A stretch of 64,000 bases of DNA from Patescibacteria group bacterium (GCA_018825365.1 JAHJEV010000003.1:174619-238618), one strand, 5' to 3'. Positions 26,739-37,885 are shown, counted from the first letter of the stretch. The notes: a model not told the origin generated them from the sequence alone. Translations and numbers: made by a program.

Positions 26739-27166
26739 TACTTAGTCTCCTTTTTCTTAACTGTCTTTTTGACGGGTTTTTTTGCCGCTGGTTTCTTAAC
26801 CGGTTTTTCAGTTTTTTCTACTTTTTTAGCTTCGGCTTTAGCGGCCCTCTCAGCTTTTTCTGTACCAATTGAAATTTTTTCAATCTTTATAATACTCATT
26901 GGTTGTCGGTGCCCTTTCACTTTTTCGTAACCTGACTTTTTCTTGAATCTAGCAACCCTTACCTTTTTTCCAAGTTTCTCTTCAAGAACAACTGCCTTTA
27001 CGGAAACTTCCTTTAGTTCAGGCTCTCCTACAAGCCTTTTACTGCCATCACGATACATTAAAACTGATATTTTAAGCGGAATTTTTTGCCTTTCCAACTC
27101 AATAACATCGCCCTCTTGGACCAAAAACTGTTTTGAAGCAAATTTTATCACTGCATATTTTTCCAT
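26738..27166 (-). CDS. rplU: 50S ribosomal protein L21 with Lys-rich C-terminal extension
   Basis: [25 protein letters not shown] is typical of L21. The start at 27166 has the SD AAGGTAG; the ORF-track start at 27181 is less likely. Confidence 0.85.
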   Translation of the reverse strand: MEKYAVIKFASKQFLVQEGDVIELERQKIPLKISVLMYRDGSKRLVGEPELKEVSVKAVVLEEKLGKKVRVARFKKKSGYEKVKGHRQPMSIIKIEKISIGTEKAERAAKAEAKKVEKTEKPVKKPAAKKPVKKTVKKKETK

Positions 27167-27238
27167 ATCTACCTTACGCAAACTTAACAGAAGGATACTA
27201 CACTAAACTTAAAAATTCGGCAATACTGCCAGCTCAAA

Positions 27239-28600
27239 TCAAAGTTTAGAACTTCTTCCGACGGTAATTAACAAATCGTACTCGGTTGTGTCAGGCAAAT
27301 CTTCTTTCACGGTGATTCCCGGGAATTTATCTTTCATATCAGCTTTGATAAGATCTGTGTAGGCTACCTTGTCTTTTTTAAATCGAAAAATTGTGTCGGC
27401 AACATCGGAATTCGCTGTATCAATACTTTGGATACTATATCCAAGAGCTGTTAAAAATAGCTCCGTTTTTCTCGCCAATTTATCAATGCCGGCTCCATTT
27501 TCTATTCTTATTTTAATATCTGATTTTTTAAGTTCCTCTTTTTGGGTAACTACCGCAGGAGCAGAACCGCTTAGGACAGCGTTGGAGTTTTGATCCTGCT
27601 TTTGATTGGTGTTTTGGGCAATATTTGTATTTCTTAGGTCGTTTTTGCCTCTTAAATAAAGGTAACCACCAACCAAGCCGCCTATAAGAAGGAAAAGGGC
27701 TACTATTGTTCCAGCGGCGACTAAAGAGAAGCTTTTTTCCTCTACAACAGGAAGCGGAAGAAGGTTTAGCAAATTTAACTGGCTGTCTATCGCCTCTGGG
27801 TCGGTATCAAAAATATAACCCACGATAACATTTTGTTCGTATCCTTGAGTTATTTCAGGTTCATCTCGAAACTTAGGAATTGCAATTTCTCTTACCTTGT
27901 ATCCTTCAAGCGTGAAATAATCTGCATTAATTGTAAATACATGACTTATGGGGCTTGATCTTTTGTAAAACGATAAATCTTTAATCAAAACCTGAAGCTC
28001 CTTTCCAGTCAACTCTTTTTCGTATACATCTGCAAAAAATATTCCCCCAAGCTCGGAAAGTGCAATAACCTGCCTGTTCCCTGTTTTACATATAAAAATT
28101 GATGGTTCGTTTACTTTCTCATATTTTGGGAGGGCCCTCACCCAAGGGACTACACTTTTTAAACCCACTCCCATGTTGTTTGAAACTTCAATATACTTTT
28201 CCAAAATATCTTTTCTTACCCCAGTAAACTGGTACACAAACGGAGCAATCTTTTTATACGAGAAGTAAATATCATTTAAAGGAATTTCCTTCGCCTTTTC
28301 TTTTAGTTCAGTAATTATTTGAGCCTCAATATCGATGTCTTTTTTGGAAAGAGTAATAAATCTTAAATAAACATCCTGTGGCTCAATAACGAAATTAAGA
28401 CCCACCTTGTTTTTTGTAAGTGTAGTTATGTGAGGTAACAATTCGTTCAAAACAATAGCGAAGGCCTCCGAGTTTACTATTTTTGTATCATTTACAACAT
28501 CTTTTGAAACGTCTATTAGTGTCGTCCTTAAAGAAGCGTCTTTGTCAACTGTGGAAAGTCTGGCAACGTTTTTGTTTATTGAAATAAATATATCTTGCAT
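27239..28600 (-). CDS. membrane protein with C-terminal LytR_C (cell-envelope-related) domain
   Basis: Single TM helix (LVAAGTIVALFLLIGGLVGGYLYL), then IRIENGAGIDKLARKTELFLTALGYSIQSIDTANSD...TIFRF, characteristic of LytR_C. The N-terminal ~290 aa are unassigned. Confidence 0.55.
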   Translation of the reverse strand: MQDIFISINKNVARLSTVDKDASLRTTLIDVSKDVVNDTKIVNSEAFAIVLNELLPHITTLTKNKVGLNFVIEPQDVYLRFITLSKKDIDIEAQIITELKEKAKEIPLNDIYFSYKKIAPFVYQFTGVRKDILEKYIEVSNNMGVGLKSVVPWVRALPKYEKVNEPSIFICKTGNRQVIALSELGGIFFADVYEKELTGKELQVLIKDLSFYKRSSPISHVFTINADYFTLEGYKVREIAIPKFRDEPEITQGYEQNVIVGYIFDTDPEAIDSQLNLLNLLPLPVVEEKSFSLVAAGTIVALFLLIGGLVGGYLYLRGKNDLRNTNIAQNTNQKQDQNSNAVLSGSAPAVVTQKEELKKSDIKIRIENGAGIDKLARKTELFLTALGYSIQSIDTANSDVADTIFRFKKDKVAYTDLIKADMKDKFPGITVKEDLPDTTEYDLLITVGRSSKL

Positions 28601-28637
28601 ACGTTAAATAATACACGATGGGGTAGTGTTAGGCACC

Positions 28638-31502
28638 TTAGATTTTTTCTATTTTTAACTCCTGTCCGGGTATTAACTCCTTCGCAAAAACCCTCTTTTT
28701 TATTTCCTTTCCGTATTCCTCTACAACTTCTTTATTTTCATCAGTATCCGGATAGATTACTTTTATTTCATCTGAAACCGATAACCCCTTTTCTTTTCTT
28801 AAATCTTGGACAGACCTTATAAACTCTCTCATCTTCCCCTCTGTTATAAGTTTTGGAGTTAGCTCTAAATCAAGACACACCAAACCCGACTCGTCTTTAA
28901 TCCAACCGGTTTTCTCGTCAAGAGAATTGACCATTTCTAATTTTTTGATGTTGGTCTCGTCAAGGACAAGTGATTCGTATTCTTTTTTAACGGCGCGATC
29001 TTTAAGTATAGCGAGCGAACCAAGTACCTGACGGATCGGAATTGCTTTTAAGACTCTGACTGAGAGAGCCGCCGATACTATTTCTCTAGTTTTTTTCATT
29101 TCTGACATTATTTTTTCAGATTTCTCAATAACGCTCTCGTCAAATAACGGATAGTCACACAAATGAACCGATTCCAAAGCATCCTTATCAACTGAAACAA
29201 CTAAATTCCTGTACATATTTTCAGCAATAAAAGGAATTATAGGGGCGCAAGCTTTTGAAAAATCAACTAATACTTTATACAAGGTTGAAAGCGCCTCATT
29301 ATCTCCGGAAGAAATTCTGTCCCGAGATCTTCTCACATACCATCTTGATAAATCGTCAACAAATTCTTCTATTGCCCTAACCACGGGGGGAACATCGTAC
29401 TTTTCCATATTGACGGTTATCTCCTTTATAGTCTGATTTAGTCTAGCCTTAATCCACGTATCCAACACCCTATCTGAATCTGATAGCTTACTTGGATCCC
29501 ATTTGTGCAAAGAGGCGTATATCAAAAAATAATTAACCGAATTCCACAGCGGATTAATTACATTTCTGGATTTATTTTTAAGCTCAACTTCATCAAAGTT
29601 GGCGTTTTCCGCATTCATTAAAGGAGACCCCATTAGATAAAGTCTTAAGGCGTCACCACCATAATTTGTCAGTATTCCCTTCGGATCGGGGTAGTTTTTG
29701 TAGGTCTTACTCATTTTTCTACCGTCAGTTCCAGTTATTACTCCTGTTACTATTACATTGTTAAAACACCTCGATTTAAAAAGAAGTGTGGAGATAATAT
29801 GCATTCTTTGAAACCAGGCTCTTACCTGACCCGCATATTCAACAATGTAGTCGCCAGGAAAGTTTTTCTCAAATTTCTCTTGGTTCTCAAACGGGTAGTG
29901 AATCTGTGCAAAGGGCATGGATCCGGCTTCCATCCAAGAATCTAAAACTTCGCTTTTTCTTTTGTACTCTTTTCCATTTTTATTAATTACAATTTCATCG
30001 ATATAGGGTCTATGAAGGTCTTTAACTTTCTGACCTGAAAGCTCCTCAATCTCTTGTATCGATGAGACAACTATCCTATCTCCATCTTTCGATTCCCAAA
30101 CCGGCATTGGTGTTGCCCAATATCTGTTTCTGGAAATACACCAATCGGGTGCCTGTTCAATCGTTTTTTCAAAGTTTCCATGCTTTATATAGGAAGGAAC
30201 CCAGTTTATACCCTCATTGTTATTAACCAGTTCTTTTTTAATATCCTGAATGTTTATAAACCAAGAATTTTGAGCTTTTTGTACCAGTAAGGTGTCGCAT
30301 CGATCGTGGAAAGGTACTCTGTGTGTCACCGTTTCGTTTTTGAATAATATTTTTCTTTTTTCCAAATCTTCAAGTATCAAGGGGTTCGCTTTAAGGTAAA
30401 ACATCCCTTCGTATGGATTTTTGTCTTGATTTCCCGGAACAAATTTTCCCTCATCATCCAAAGTCATCATTAAGGTGAGACTGTAAGTCCTTCCCATGTC
30501 GGTATCTATTTCGCCAAACCCCGGAGCGCTGTGCACAACACCTGTCCCATCTTCCATGTTTACCATTCCTTCGTAGGAATAAACCTTAAACTCACCCTCT
30601 TTTGGCGCGTAAAACGTGTATAAAGGTTCGTATTCCACACCCACGAGGTTCTTACCTGGAAACTCTTTCACAGTTTTGTATTTTTTGTCACCAAAAACAG
30701 CTTCTAGTCTTAATCTTGCTAAAATGTAAGTCTCTCCATCAGAAACTACCTCCACGTAAGTTTCTTTTTTATCAACAACCAGCGCTCTGTTTGAAGGTAA
30801 CGTCCAAGGTGTAGTTGTCCATGCCAAGATACTCTTATCCTTGAAATTTCCTTCTGATGTAACTTTAAATTTTACAGTTATTGATGGGTCTTTCTCATCT
30901 CTATAGGAGTTGTCCATTGCTATTTCAAAATCGGAAACCGGGGTACCGCAGACCGGACAATACAAAGATGTTCTTATCCCCTCATAAATATAGCCTTTTT
31001 CATACAGCTGTTTGAATGCCCACATGACGCTTTCCATATACGACGGGTCTATTGTTTTATAAGCATTTTTAAAGTCAACCCATCTTCCGATCTTGTCAAC
31101 ATACCACTCCCATTCGGCTGACACTTTTGATGTGTATTGATAGCAAGCTTTAGTAAACTTTTCCAAACCATAGTTTTCTATGTCCCGCCTGTTTTTGATT
31201 CCAAGCTCCTCCTGAACACGATTTTCCACAGCCAATCCGTGAGCATCCCAACCCCAAACCCTTTCCACTCTTTTTCCTTTCATAGTCCAGTATCTTGGGA
31301 TAACATCTTTAGCGATAGAACCTAATAGATGTCCGTAATGCGGCGTTCCCGAAATAAACGGAGGGCCATCATAAAAAACATACAAATTATCCTCTGAGTT
31401 TTTTTCAACAGATTTTTCAAAAATCTTTTTTTCCTTCCAGAACTGAAGAACCGCCTCTTCGAATTCAAGAATAGTTTTTTTGTCAGACGGAGCAAATGCC
31501 AT
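28638..31502 (-). CDS. ileS: isoleucine--tRNA ligase
   Basis: Class I HIGH-like (PHYGHLL) and KMSKT motifs, GWDAHGL block, 954 aa. Confidence 0.85.
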   Translation of the reverse strand: MAFAPSDKKTILEFEEAVLQFWKEKKIFEKSVEKNSEDNLYVFYDGPPFISGTPHYGHLLGSIAKDVIPRYWTMKGKRVERVWGWDAHGLAVENRVQEELGIKNRRDIENYGLEKFTKACYQYTSKVSAEWEWYVDKIGRWVDFKNAYKTIDPSYMESVMWAFKQLYEKGYIYEGIRTSLYCPVCGTPVSDFEIAMDNSYRDEKDPSITVKFKVTSEGNFKDKSILAWTTTPWTLPSNRALVVDKKETYVEVVSDGETYILARLRLEAVFGDKKYKTVKEFPGKNLVGVEYEPLYTFYAPKEGEFKVYSYEGMVNMEDGTGVVHSAPGFGEIDTDMGRTYSLTLMMTLDDEGKFVPGNQDKNPYEGMFYLKANPLILEDLEKRKILFKNETVTHRVPFHDRCDTLLVQKAQNSWFINIQDIKKELVNNNEGINWVPSYIKHGNFEKTIEQAPDWCISRNRYWATPMPVWESKDGDRIVVSSIQEIEELSGQKVKDLHRPYIDEIVINKNGKEYKRKSEVLDSWMEAGSMPFAQIHYPFENQEKFEKNFPGDYIVEYAGQVRAWFQRMHIISTLLFKSRCFNNVIVTGVITGTDGRKMSKTYKNYPDPKGILTNYGGDALRLYLMGSPLMNAENANFDEVELKNKSRNVINPLWNSVNYFLIYASLHKWDPSKLSDSDRVLDTWIKARLNQTIKEITVNMEKYDVPPVVRAIEEFVDDLSRWYVRRSRDRISSGDNEALSTLYKVLVDFSKACAPIIPFIAENMYRNLVVSVDKDALESVHLCDYPLFDESVIEKSEKIMSEMKKTREIVSAALSVRVLKAIPIRQVLGSLAILKDRAVKKEYESLVLDETNIKKLEMVNSLDEKTGWIKDESGLVCLDLELTPKLITEGKMREFIRSVQDLRKEKGLSVSDEIKVIYPDTDENKEVVEEYGKEIKKRVFAKELIPGQELKIEKI

Positions 31503-31684
31503 ACTGATTGATTTTACCAGACTTTTACAAATAGGGGATAAAGATTCTATCTTTTTTCTAGCAACCCTTGGGAAACATTAACAATTAGATCCGCTCTTCT
31601 AGCAGTGCTGAACAATACATAAACAAGAAGAGAGAACATTAATACTATTAGAAAAAGAAGAAAGGAATATTTTTTCATTTAAGC

Positions 31685-32230
31685 CTATTTATTTTCCCAG
31701 ATTATGTCTTTAAAACCAAGCTTTTTATTTGAATATCTTGCCATAGTAAACAAAAGGTCGGACAGTCGATTTAGATACTTAACAACAAATACTCTATCCT
31801 TTTTATGTTTAACATAATTAACGACAAGTCTTTCAAGTCTTCTGCAAATAACCCTTGAAAGATGTGAAAAGCTGCTTTCCCTGCACCCACCTACTAAAAG
31901 AAAGTTCTTAAGAGGATCTATCTGAGATCCAAAGTAATCAATTACTTCCTCAAGTTCTTTTATCCTTCCTTCCCAATATTTTATTTTCTCACCTGGAATT
32001 TTTTCTGGAGAAATTATTAGAGACCCTAAATTCAATAGATCTTTTTGTACCTCCTGAGAAGTTTTTCTAACATCGGGAAGTCTTGCTGTATGCAAAAACC
32101 CAAGACTTACACCCAGCTCATCAAATGTTCCCAATACATCAAATATCAAATCCGATTTTGAAATCTTTCTATTTATCTTAGGCAAAAATGTCTGCCCAAA
32201 ATCACCATTTCGAGTATACATCTTAAACAT
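31685..32230 (-). CDS. pduO: ATP:cob(I)alamin adenosyltransferase, PduO type
   Basis: N-terminus MYTRNGDFGQTFL...KSDLIFDVLGTFDELGVSLG matches Cob_adeno_trans (MMAB/PduO). ~180 aa. Confidence 0.75.
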   Translation of the reverse strand: MFKMYTRNGDFGQTFLPKINRKISKSDLIFDVLGTFDELGVSLGFLHTARLPDVRKTSQEVQKDLLNLGSLIISPEKIPGEKIKYWEGRIKELEEVIDYFGSQIDPLKNFLLVGGCRESSFSHLSRVICRRLERLVVNYVKHKKDRVFVVKYLNRLSDLLFTMARYSNKKLGFKDIIWENK

Positions 32231-32282
32231 ATTCGCGGGGCAGAAATTACCCTCAATATACTCTTTGTGTATTTTCAGTCAA

Positions 32283-34820
32283 TCAGCAAACAGAGTACCC
32301 ACAATCGTGGCATTTAACACAACCCTCTTCTCTTATAAAAGAATAGTTGCCGCATTCGGGACACATATCAACATTGGAAGATATACCATGAGGGTTGTTT
32401 TTGACATATTCACTTTTTTCATCGTCGCTATTGTTTGTGTTACCATTCTCTTCGCTTGCCTTGTACTGTGAATACCCAAACTCCTCAGCCAAAACTTTCG
32501 CAACGGCATCTGGAATGGAACCAATTTTGTTCTTACCAAACCCAACAGACCTCGACCCACCTATTCCCCCTAACTGAGCTATCAACTCCCCAACTGCGTC
32601 CTCGGTTGTGGAAGAGGTTCTGAAAAACCCGGACACAAGTCTGCCCAAAGCTTCCGCAAGAGCGGAGACATCAGTCCCCGCCTTACCAACATTGATAAAT
32701 ACCTCAAAAGGTTTTCCGTCTTTATTTTTATTTACCGTAATAAAGGCCTTCCCTTGAGGAGTTTTAACACTATATGTTGCTCCTTCAAGTCTGTATTCTC
32801 TTTTGAGTTTTCCCACACCATCGATTTCTTTTAATGGAGCCTGTGACCTAGTCTCAATTGGAGCAGATTCCGTTGTTAACTCTGTTTTATCCTGCTGTTT
32901 TCCTTCCTTTGTGCTTTTAGTTTCTAATGCAACCTCCTGTCTGCTGCCAGTAACATACACGGTAAGCCCCTTGCACCCAAGTTTCCATGCCATCAAGTAA
33001 ACCTTGGCTATATCTTCCCTTACCGCCGTTGATGGGAAATTGCAGGTCTTAGAAATAGAATTATCGACAAACGCCTGTAGCGATGCCTGCATCAATACAT
33101 GCTGTTCGGGAGAAATATCTCCTGCAACAACAAATGATTTTCTTATCTTTTCCGGAATCTCAGAAACATCTTGGCATGTTCCATTATGGACCGCTTTTTC
33201 GACAATCTTTTTCTTTAGCTCCGGATCTATATTTAGCTTATCAAGAGCTTTCTGGAAGGAGGGGCTCACATAAGTGAGGGTCATTTGTTTATCTTGACCT
33301 GCAGCTTGATAAACATTCATATAATAAGCAAGTGCAAATACCGGTTCGCATCCATATCCCTCGACTCCCGCAACGATGGATATCGTTCCTGTTGGTGCTA
33401 TGGTTGTAGTTGCGGCGTTTCTTATCCCATAAAGTCTTACGCCATCAACTATTTCCTGCCACTCGATACCCGGTCTTTCCCAATTATTTGTAAAGGGCTT
33501 AAGGGGTTTTGGAAGTTTCCACTGAGGATTTTCCGAATCATATATGCTCCCTCTTATCTTTGGAAACGGTCCTCTTTCTCTTGCAAGCTCAATTGACGCC
33601 TTCATGGAATGGAATCTTATAAATTCCATCACCTGTCCTGCAAAGTCCTGTGCCTCTTCACTTCCATAAGAGATACCCAGGTGATACATGACATCTGCAA
33701 GCCCCATTAACCCCAAACCTATCCTTCTACAGTTTAAGGCTGCTTCCTTAAGCTGAGGAACCGCCGGAACATACTTATTTGCTGTTACAACATTGTCTAA
33801 AAATCTAGTGGATAAAATAATTGTTCTTCTTAGTTCTTCCCAATCAAACTTCTTATCCTCAGAAATGTGCTGCAAAAGATTAATCGAGCCTAAAACACAA
33901 TTCTCATAAGGCCCAAGCCATTGCTCGCCGCAAGGATTGGTAGATTCAAGTTTATAAAGATGCGGAACTGGGTTGTATCTATTTGCCTCATCTATAAACA
34001 AAATTCCAGGTTCCCCGTTTTGGAACGATTGGCTAACGATCAGCTCGTATATTTCTCTGGCTCTTGGAGTTTCTACAATCTCGCCAGTTTTTGGATCAAA
34101 AATATTATATGTCGTGTCATTTTCTACCGCTCTCATAAATTCATCTGTGATCGCAACCGATATGTTAAAGTTTGAGATACTTCCTTCAACGGTCTTACAC
34201 TTAATAAACTCTCTTATATCCGGATGATCTACTCTCAATACACCCATATTGGCACCTCTTCGTATTCCGCCTTGGGCTATTTCACCAAAAGCAGCATCAT
34301 AAACCTTCATAAAACCAACTGGCCCGGAAGAAACTCCCTTACTGGTTGAAATCATGGAACCTCGGGATCTTAATCTTGTGAAGGAAAAGCCATTTCCCCC
34401 TCCGGATTGCTGAATTAGTGCTGCGTTTCTTAAAGTGGAAAATATGCCATCGTCATATTTTCCAAGGTCATCTGAAATCGGAAGAACAAAACAGGCCGCT
34501 AATTGCCCAAGGGGGGTACCTGCGCCTGTAAATGTAGGGGCGTTAGGAAAAAACTTTTTTGTAGAGAGTAAATTGTAAAACTCAACTTCCGATATTTTTG
34601 GATCCCTGTGTGGTAAGTCCGGTTCTGCCATGGTTTTTGCAACCCTTTCAAACATCTGCTCAACGGTCTCCGCGGGGTTTCCTTCCTCATCTCTTTGGAA
34701 AAATCTCTTTTCAAGAATCTTAAGTGAGTTCTCAGAAAATTCGATCTTTTTGTTTTGTTCCAAATTTACTCCCTCATTAAAATATAAATAGCTCATAATG
34801 ATTCGTTTATAACGTAACAC
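32283..34820 (-). CDS. nrdJ: adenosylcobalamin-dependent (class II) ribonucleotide reductase
   Basis: Class II RNR blocks (NPCGEQWL, GSINL) with a C-terminal Zn-ribbon CPECG...CHDCG. 845 aa. The start is possibly an internal Met. Confidence 0.85.
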   Translation of the reverse strand: MLRYKRIIMSYLYFNEGVNLEQNKKIEFSENSLKILEKRFFQRDEEGNPAETVEQMFERVAKTMAEPDLPHRDPKISEVEFYNLLSTKKFFPNAPTFTGAGTPLGQLAACFVLPISDDLGKYDDGIFSTLRNAALIQQSGGGNGFSFTRLRSRGSMISTSKGVSSGPVGFMKVYDAAFGEIAQGGIRRGANMGVLRVDHPDIREFIKCKTVEGSISNFNISVAITDEFMRAVENDTTYNIFDPKTGEIVETPRAREIYELIVSQSFQNGEPGILFIDEANRYNPVPHLYKLESTNPCGEQWLGPYENCVLGSINLLQHISEDKKFDWEELRRTIILSTRFLDNVVTANKYVPAVPQLKEAALNCRRIGLGLMGLADVMYHLGISYGSEEAQDFAGQVMEFIRFHSMKASIELARERGPFPKIRGSIYDSENPQWKLPKPLKPFTNNWERPGIEWQEIVDGVRLYGIRNAATTTIAPTGTISIVAGVEGYGCEPVFALAYYMNVYQAAGQDKQMTLTYVSPSFQKALDKLNIDPELKKKIVEKAVHNGTCQDVSEIPEKIRKSFVVAGDISPEQHVLMQASLQAFVDNSISKTCNFPSTAVREDIAKVYLMAWKLGCKGLTVYVTGSRQEVALETKSTKEGKQQDKTELTTESAPIETRSQAPLKEIDGVGKLKREYRLEGATYSVKTPQGKAFITVNKNKDGKPFEVFINVGKAGTDVSALAEALGRLVSGFFRTSSTTEDAVGELIAQLGGIGGSRSVGFGKNKIGSIPDAVAKVLAEEFGYSQYKASEENGNTNNSDDEKSEYVKNNPHGISSNVDMCPECGNYSFIREEGCVKCHDCGYSVC

Positions 34821-34915
34821 CGGCCTTGGACTTATAAAACTAGCGCCACATCACAAACGTAAATAACTACATTTACAACAACTCTCAACCTTATTTTTCT
34901 AGATTTGGGACTTTT

Positions 34916-34945
34916 CGGTGAAAAACGATTAGATGTTTCTCACCG
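34916..34945. promoter_or_regulatory. inverted repeat CGGTGAAAAAC-N8-GTTTCTCACCG in the nrdJ / small-ORF divergent intergenic region
   Basis: 11-bp arms with one mismatch and an 8-bp spacer. Candidate operator. Confidence 0.35.
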
Positions 34946-35074
34946 CTGCCTGTTAGTATATAAAATCAAAAAAACTACTAAATACCAAGCTACGAAGATT
35001 AGAATATTTAATAAATTTACTTATGCAAATTACAAATAGTAGAATCTCCATAATAATATCTGGAAGGAGGAGCT

Positions 35075-35350
35075 ATGATCACTGAAGTAGAATTCGATAA
35101 GTTAAAGGTTGGGTACGGTGTTCTCGTAATGTCGAGAAAATTGAAATTTCTTGCACACGGGGTTGTAACCCGAATAGATGACTCTCAAAAATGTGCGGTG
35201 GTAGAAATCACCTCCTTTGACAGTAAAGGAATAGATGTTAAGTCGTGCATCGGTAGCGAGAACGCCCCCGGCAATGTCAATCTAACAATCGGAAAAAGTA
35301 CTTGGTTCCCAAGCACTGAGATTTTTTGGATTGTCGATAACGACAAGTAA
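35075..35350 (+). CDS. hypothetical protein
   Basis: 91 aa. Strong SD GGAGGAGG 5 nt upstream of the ATG. Divergent from nrdJ. Confidence 0.55.
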   Translation: MITEVEFDKLKVGYGVLVMSRKLKFLAHGVVTRIDDSQKCAVVEITSFDSKGIDVKSCIGSENAPGNVNLTIGKSTWFPSTEIFWIVDNDK

Positions 35351-35419
35351 AGCGTAATTTCTACCCAGTTGCAAAACAAGACCTCTTGATCCCGAAGACG
35401 TCTTTTTCTTTGCGTTTAT

Positions 35420-36574
35420 CTATTTTCCTCTTAGAAACGCAGGGATATCGTACTTGCTCTCAAAATCACCTTCAAAATCCTGTGGTTTAAAAATATCTTT
35501 CTTATTAGACTGATTTTTTTTCTCACTACCAGTTTTGGTTTCAGAAGTAGTAGATTTTTCTACTTTTTCTTTTCTCGTAGCGTAAGCGGGCTCAACAAAA
35601 CCGTATCCAAGATCGTCATGCTTTATATCAAACCCCGTTGCAATAACTGTAATCTTAATCTGACTGGACATCCTTTCATCAATTGTTGTACCAAATATGA
35701 TGTTGGCCTCGCTGTTTGCAATATCTCTAATGATATTCGCGGCCTTATCAACTTCCTTCATGGTCAAATCTTTACCTCCAATAACATTGAATAAAATTCC
35801 CTTCGCATCTTCGACGGATTGCTCAAGCAAAGGTGAGGAGATAGCGGCTTTTGCTGCGATCTCTGCTCTGTTTTCGCCTGTTCCGATTCCAATTCCCATC
35901 AACGCTGTTCCAGCATCTTTCATTATCGTTTTTACATCTGCAAAGTCGACATTGATAAGCCCCGGCATAACAATAAGATCTGATATCCCCTGAACTCCCT
36001 GATTTAAAACGCTGTCTGAAAGTTTAAAGGCTTCTAAAATGGACATATTTTGATCTGCAACCTCAAGGAGTCTTTGGTTTGGTATAGTAATGAGCGCATC
36101 AACCTCAGATCTGAGATCAGTAATTCCGGTTTCTGCGTTTCTCATTCTCAAAGAACCTTCAAATGGAAAAGGTTTTGTTACCACACCTATCGTTAAAGCA
36201 CCTAAGTCTTTGGCCATTCTTGCAATTACAGGGGATGCCCCCGTTCCAGTCCCGCCACCCATACCGGCCGTAATGAAAACCATATCTGCCCCCTCAATGT
36301 GTTTTTGAATGATCTCAGAGGATTCTTCGGCCGCTCTTCTTCCTATTTCAGGATTGGCGCCAGATCCCAAACCATGAGTGATTTCCTGGCCAATCGGAAT
36401 TTTTACAACTGCTTTGTTTTTGGATAAATCTTGGGTATCGGTGTTTATAGCTACAAACTCAACGCCTGTAATCTGGCCGGATTCAATCATTGAATTTAAA
36501 ACATTCCCCCCAGCACCACCTATACCTAAAACCTTTATTTTAGCGAAATTTTCAACCTCGGGCTTTACCTGCAT
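35420..36574 (-). CDS. ftsZ: cell division GTPase FtsZ
   Basis: GGGTGTG tubulin signature and N-terminal GIGGAGGN. Confidence 0.95.
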   Translation of the reverse strand: MQVKPEVENFAKIKVLGIGGAGGNVLNSMIESGQITGVEFVAINTDTQDLSKNKAVVKIPIGQEITHGLGSGANPEIGRRAAEESSEIIQKHIEGADMVFITAGMGGGTGTGASPVIARMAKDLGALTIGVVTKPFPFEGSLRMRNAETGITDLRSEVDALITIPNQRLLEVADQNMSILEAFKLSDSVLNQGVQGISDLIVMPGLINVDFADVKTIMKDAGTALMGIGIGTGENRAEIAAKAAISSPLLEQSVEDAKGILFNVIGGKDLTMKEVDKAANIIRDIANSEANIIFGTTIDERMSSQIKITVIATGFDIKHDDLGYGFVEPAYATRKEKVEKSTTSETKTGSEKKNQSNKKDIFKPQDFEGDFESKYDIPAFLRGK

Positions 36575-36616
36575 TGTATTTTTTGTGTGGGCAGATTAAA
36601 TATATTATTTCAAATC

Positions 36617-37873
36617 TTAGGGCAGAAATGATTTTAGCTTACCGAAAAGTTTGGACAAACCTATTTTTATGCTACCTCTTTTATCATCAAATGACAATAG
36701 ATTACCACCTCTGTAAAGCTTTGAGCCATATAAGATTGCTCCGACTCCTGCAGAGGAATCAGGACCTTTAATTTCGTCAATTAAACCCGTTACCCCCTTT
36801 GGAGTTCCTATCCTTACGGGCATTTTAAGATTCACTTTTGCACTTTTTTCAATTCCTACAGTCAGGGCAGCACCACCTGTTATAACGATTCCAGCAGGAA
36901 GTTTCCCATTAAGACCTGCTTTTGTAACTTCCAAAGCTACAAGTCTAAAAATCTCCTCAAGTCTCGCTGATAAAATCTTGTGAAGCATGCTTCGAGGTAT
37001 TCTTTCGATTTCTAAGTCAAATTCAGAAACATCAAAATCTTCCTCTTGGTTGTCATTCTGACTTCCCCGTGAAATCATAGCCTCATTGCTTAATCTCAAT
37101 TTAATTTTTTCAGAGTCCTCAAGCCTTGACCTTAAGCCGATTGCCAAATCACTTGTAATCAACTTTCCACCGATGGGTAAAACTACTGAATGAATTGGAC
37201 TTCCCTCCAAAAAAGCGATGACGGAGGTTGTTCCTCCGCCTATGTCTACTAAAAGTGTCCCAAGCTCCTTTTCTGTATCAGTTAAAACTGCATAAGATGA
37301 AGCAAGACCCGTATAAACGAGCTCATTTACATCAACACCAACCTGATTAACACATTTTGTGATATTTCTCATCGCCGTGGCTGATCCATGAATAACGTTT
37401 GTTTCAACTTCAAGTCTCACACCCGACATCCCAACAGGATCTTTTATACCTTCCTGGGAGTCAACAACAAAATCTCTTGGGATAACGTGAATAATTTCCC
37501 TGGTCGAGGGCAAAGATATCGCCTGAGCTGCTTCAATTACTCTTGCCACATCTTCTTTTGATATCTCGGATGTTTCGTTTGGAGAAACCGCAACAACTCC
37601 ATGAGAATTCAAGTTCTCAATGTGGCTTCCATTTATTGTTACGAAGGCGCTTGATATTGAAACTCCTGCCATTCTTTCAGCTTTTTCAATACTTTGAGAA
37701 ATGGCTTCAACAGCACTGTCTATGTCAACAACATTACCTTTATTTATACCTTTGGAAGGTATATTTCCCGAAACACCTATAATTGAGACCTTATTGTCAG
37801 ATACACAAGCAACTGTTGTACCTATTTTTGTGGATCCTATATCAATACCGGTTATAATTTTTTCTTTGGGCAT
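36617..37873 (-). CDS. ftsA: cell division protein FtsA
   Basis: Actin-like ATPase. N-terminus ITGIDIGSTKI. Position immediately upstream of ftsZ. Confidence 0.9.
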   Translation of the reverse strand: MPKEKIITGIDIGSTKIGTTVACVSDNKVSIIGVSGNIPSKGINKGNVVDIDSAVEAISQSIEKAERMAGVSISSAFVTINGSHIENLNSHGVVAVSPNETSEISKEDVARVIEAAQAISLPSTREIIHVIPRDFVVDSQEGIKDPVGMSGVRLEVETNVIHGSATAMRNITKCVNQVGVDVNELVYTGLASSYAVLTDTEKELGTLLVDIGGGTTSVIAFLEGSPIHSVVLPIGGKLITSDLAIGLRSRLEDSEKIKLRLSNEAMISRGSQNDNQEEDFDVSEFDLEIERIPRSMLHKILSARLEEIFRLVALEVTKAGLNGKLPAGIVITGGAALTVGIEKSAKVNLKMPVRIGTPKGVTGLIDEIKGPDSSAGVGAILYGSKLYRGGNLLSFDDKRGSIKIGLSKLFGKLKSFLP

Positions 37874-37885
37874 AGCGCTGACGGA

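Noticed and set aside
31503-31684. T-box leader upstream of ileS
   Set aside because: No AATTAGGGTGGNACCGCG-like T-box sequence or specifier-loop architecture was seen. Only a possible 43-aa hydrophobic micro-ORF (31547..31678, minus strand) without an SD.
34821-35074. Cobalamin riboswitch upstream of nrdJ
   Set aside because: No B12-box (GCCACTG-like) or conserved riboswitch core was found. B12 riboswitches are in any case not expected on B12-dependent RNR.
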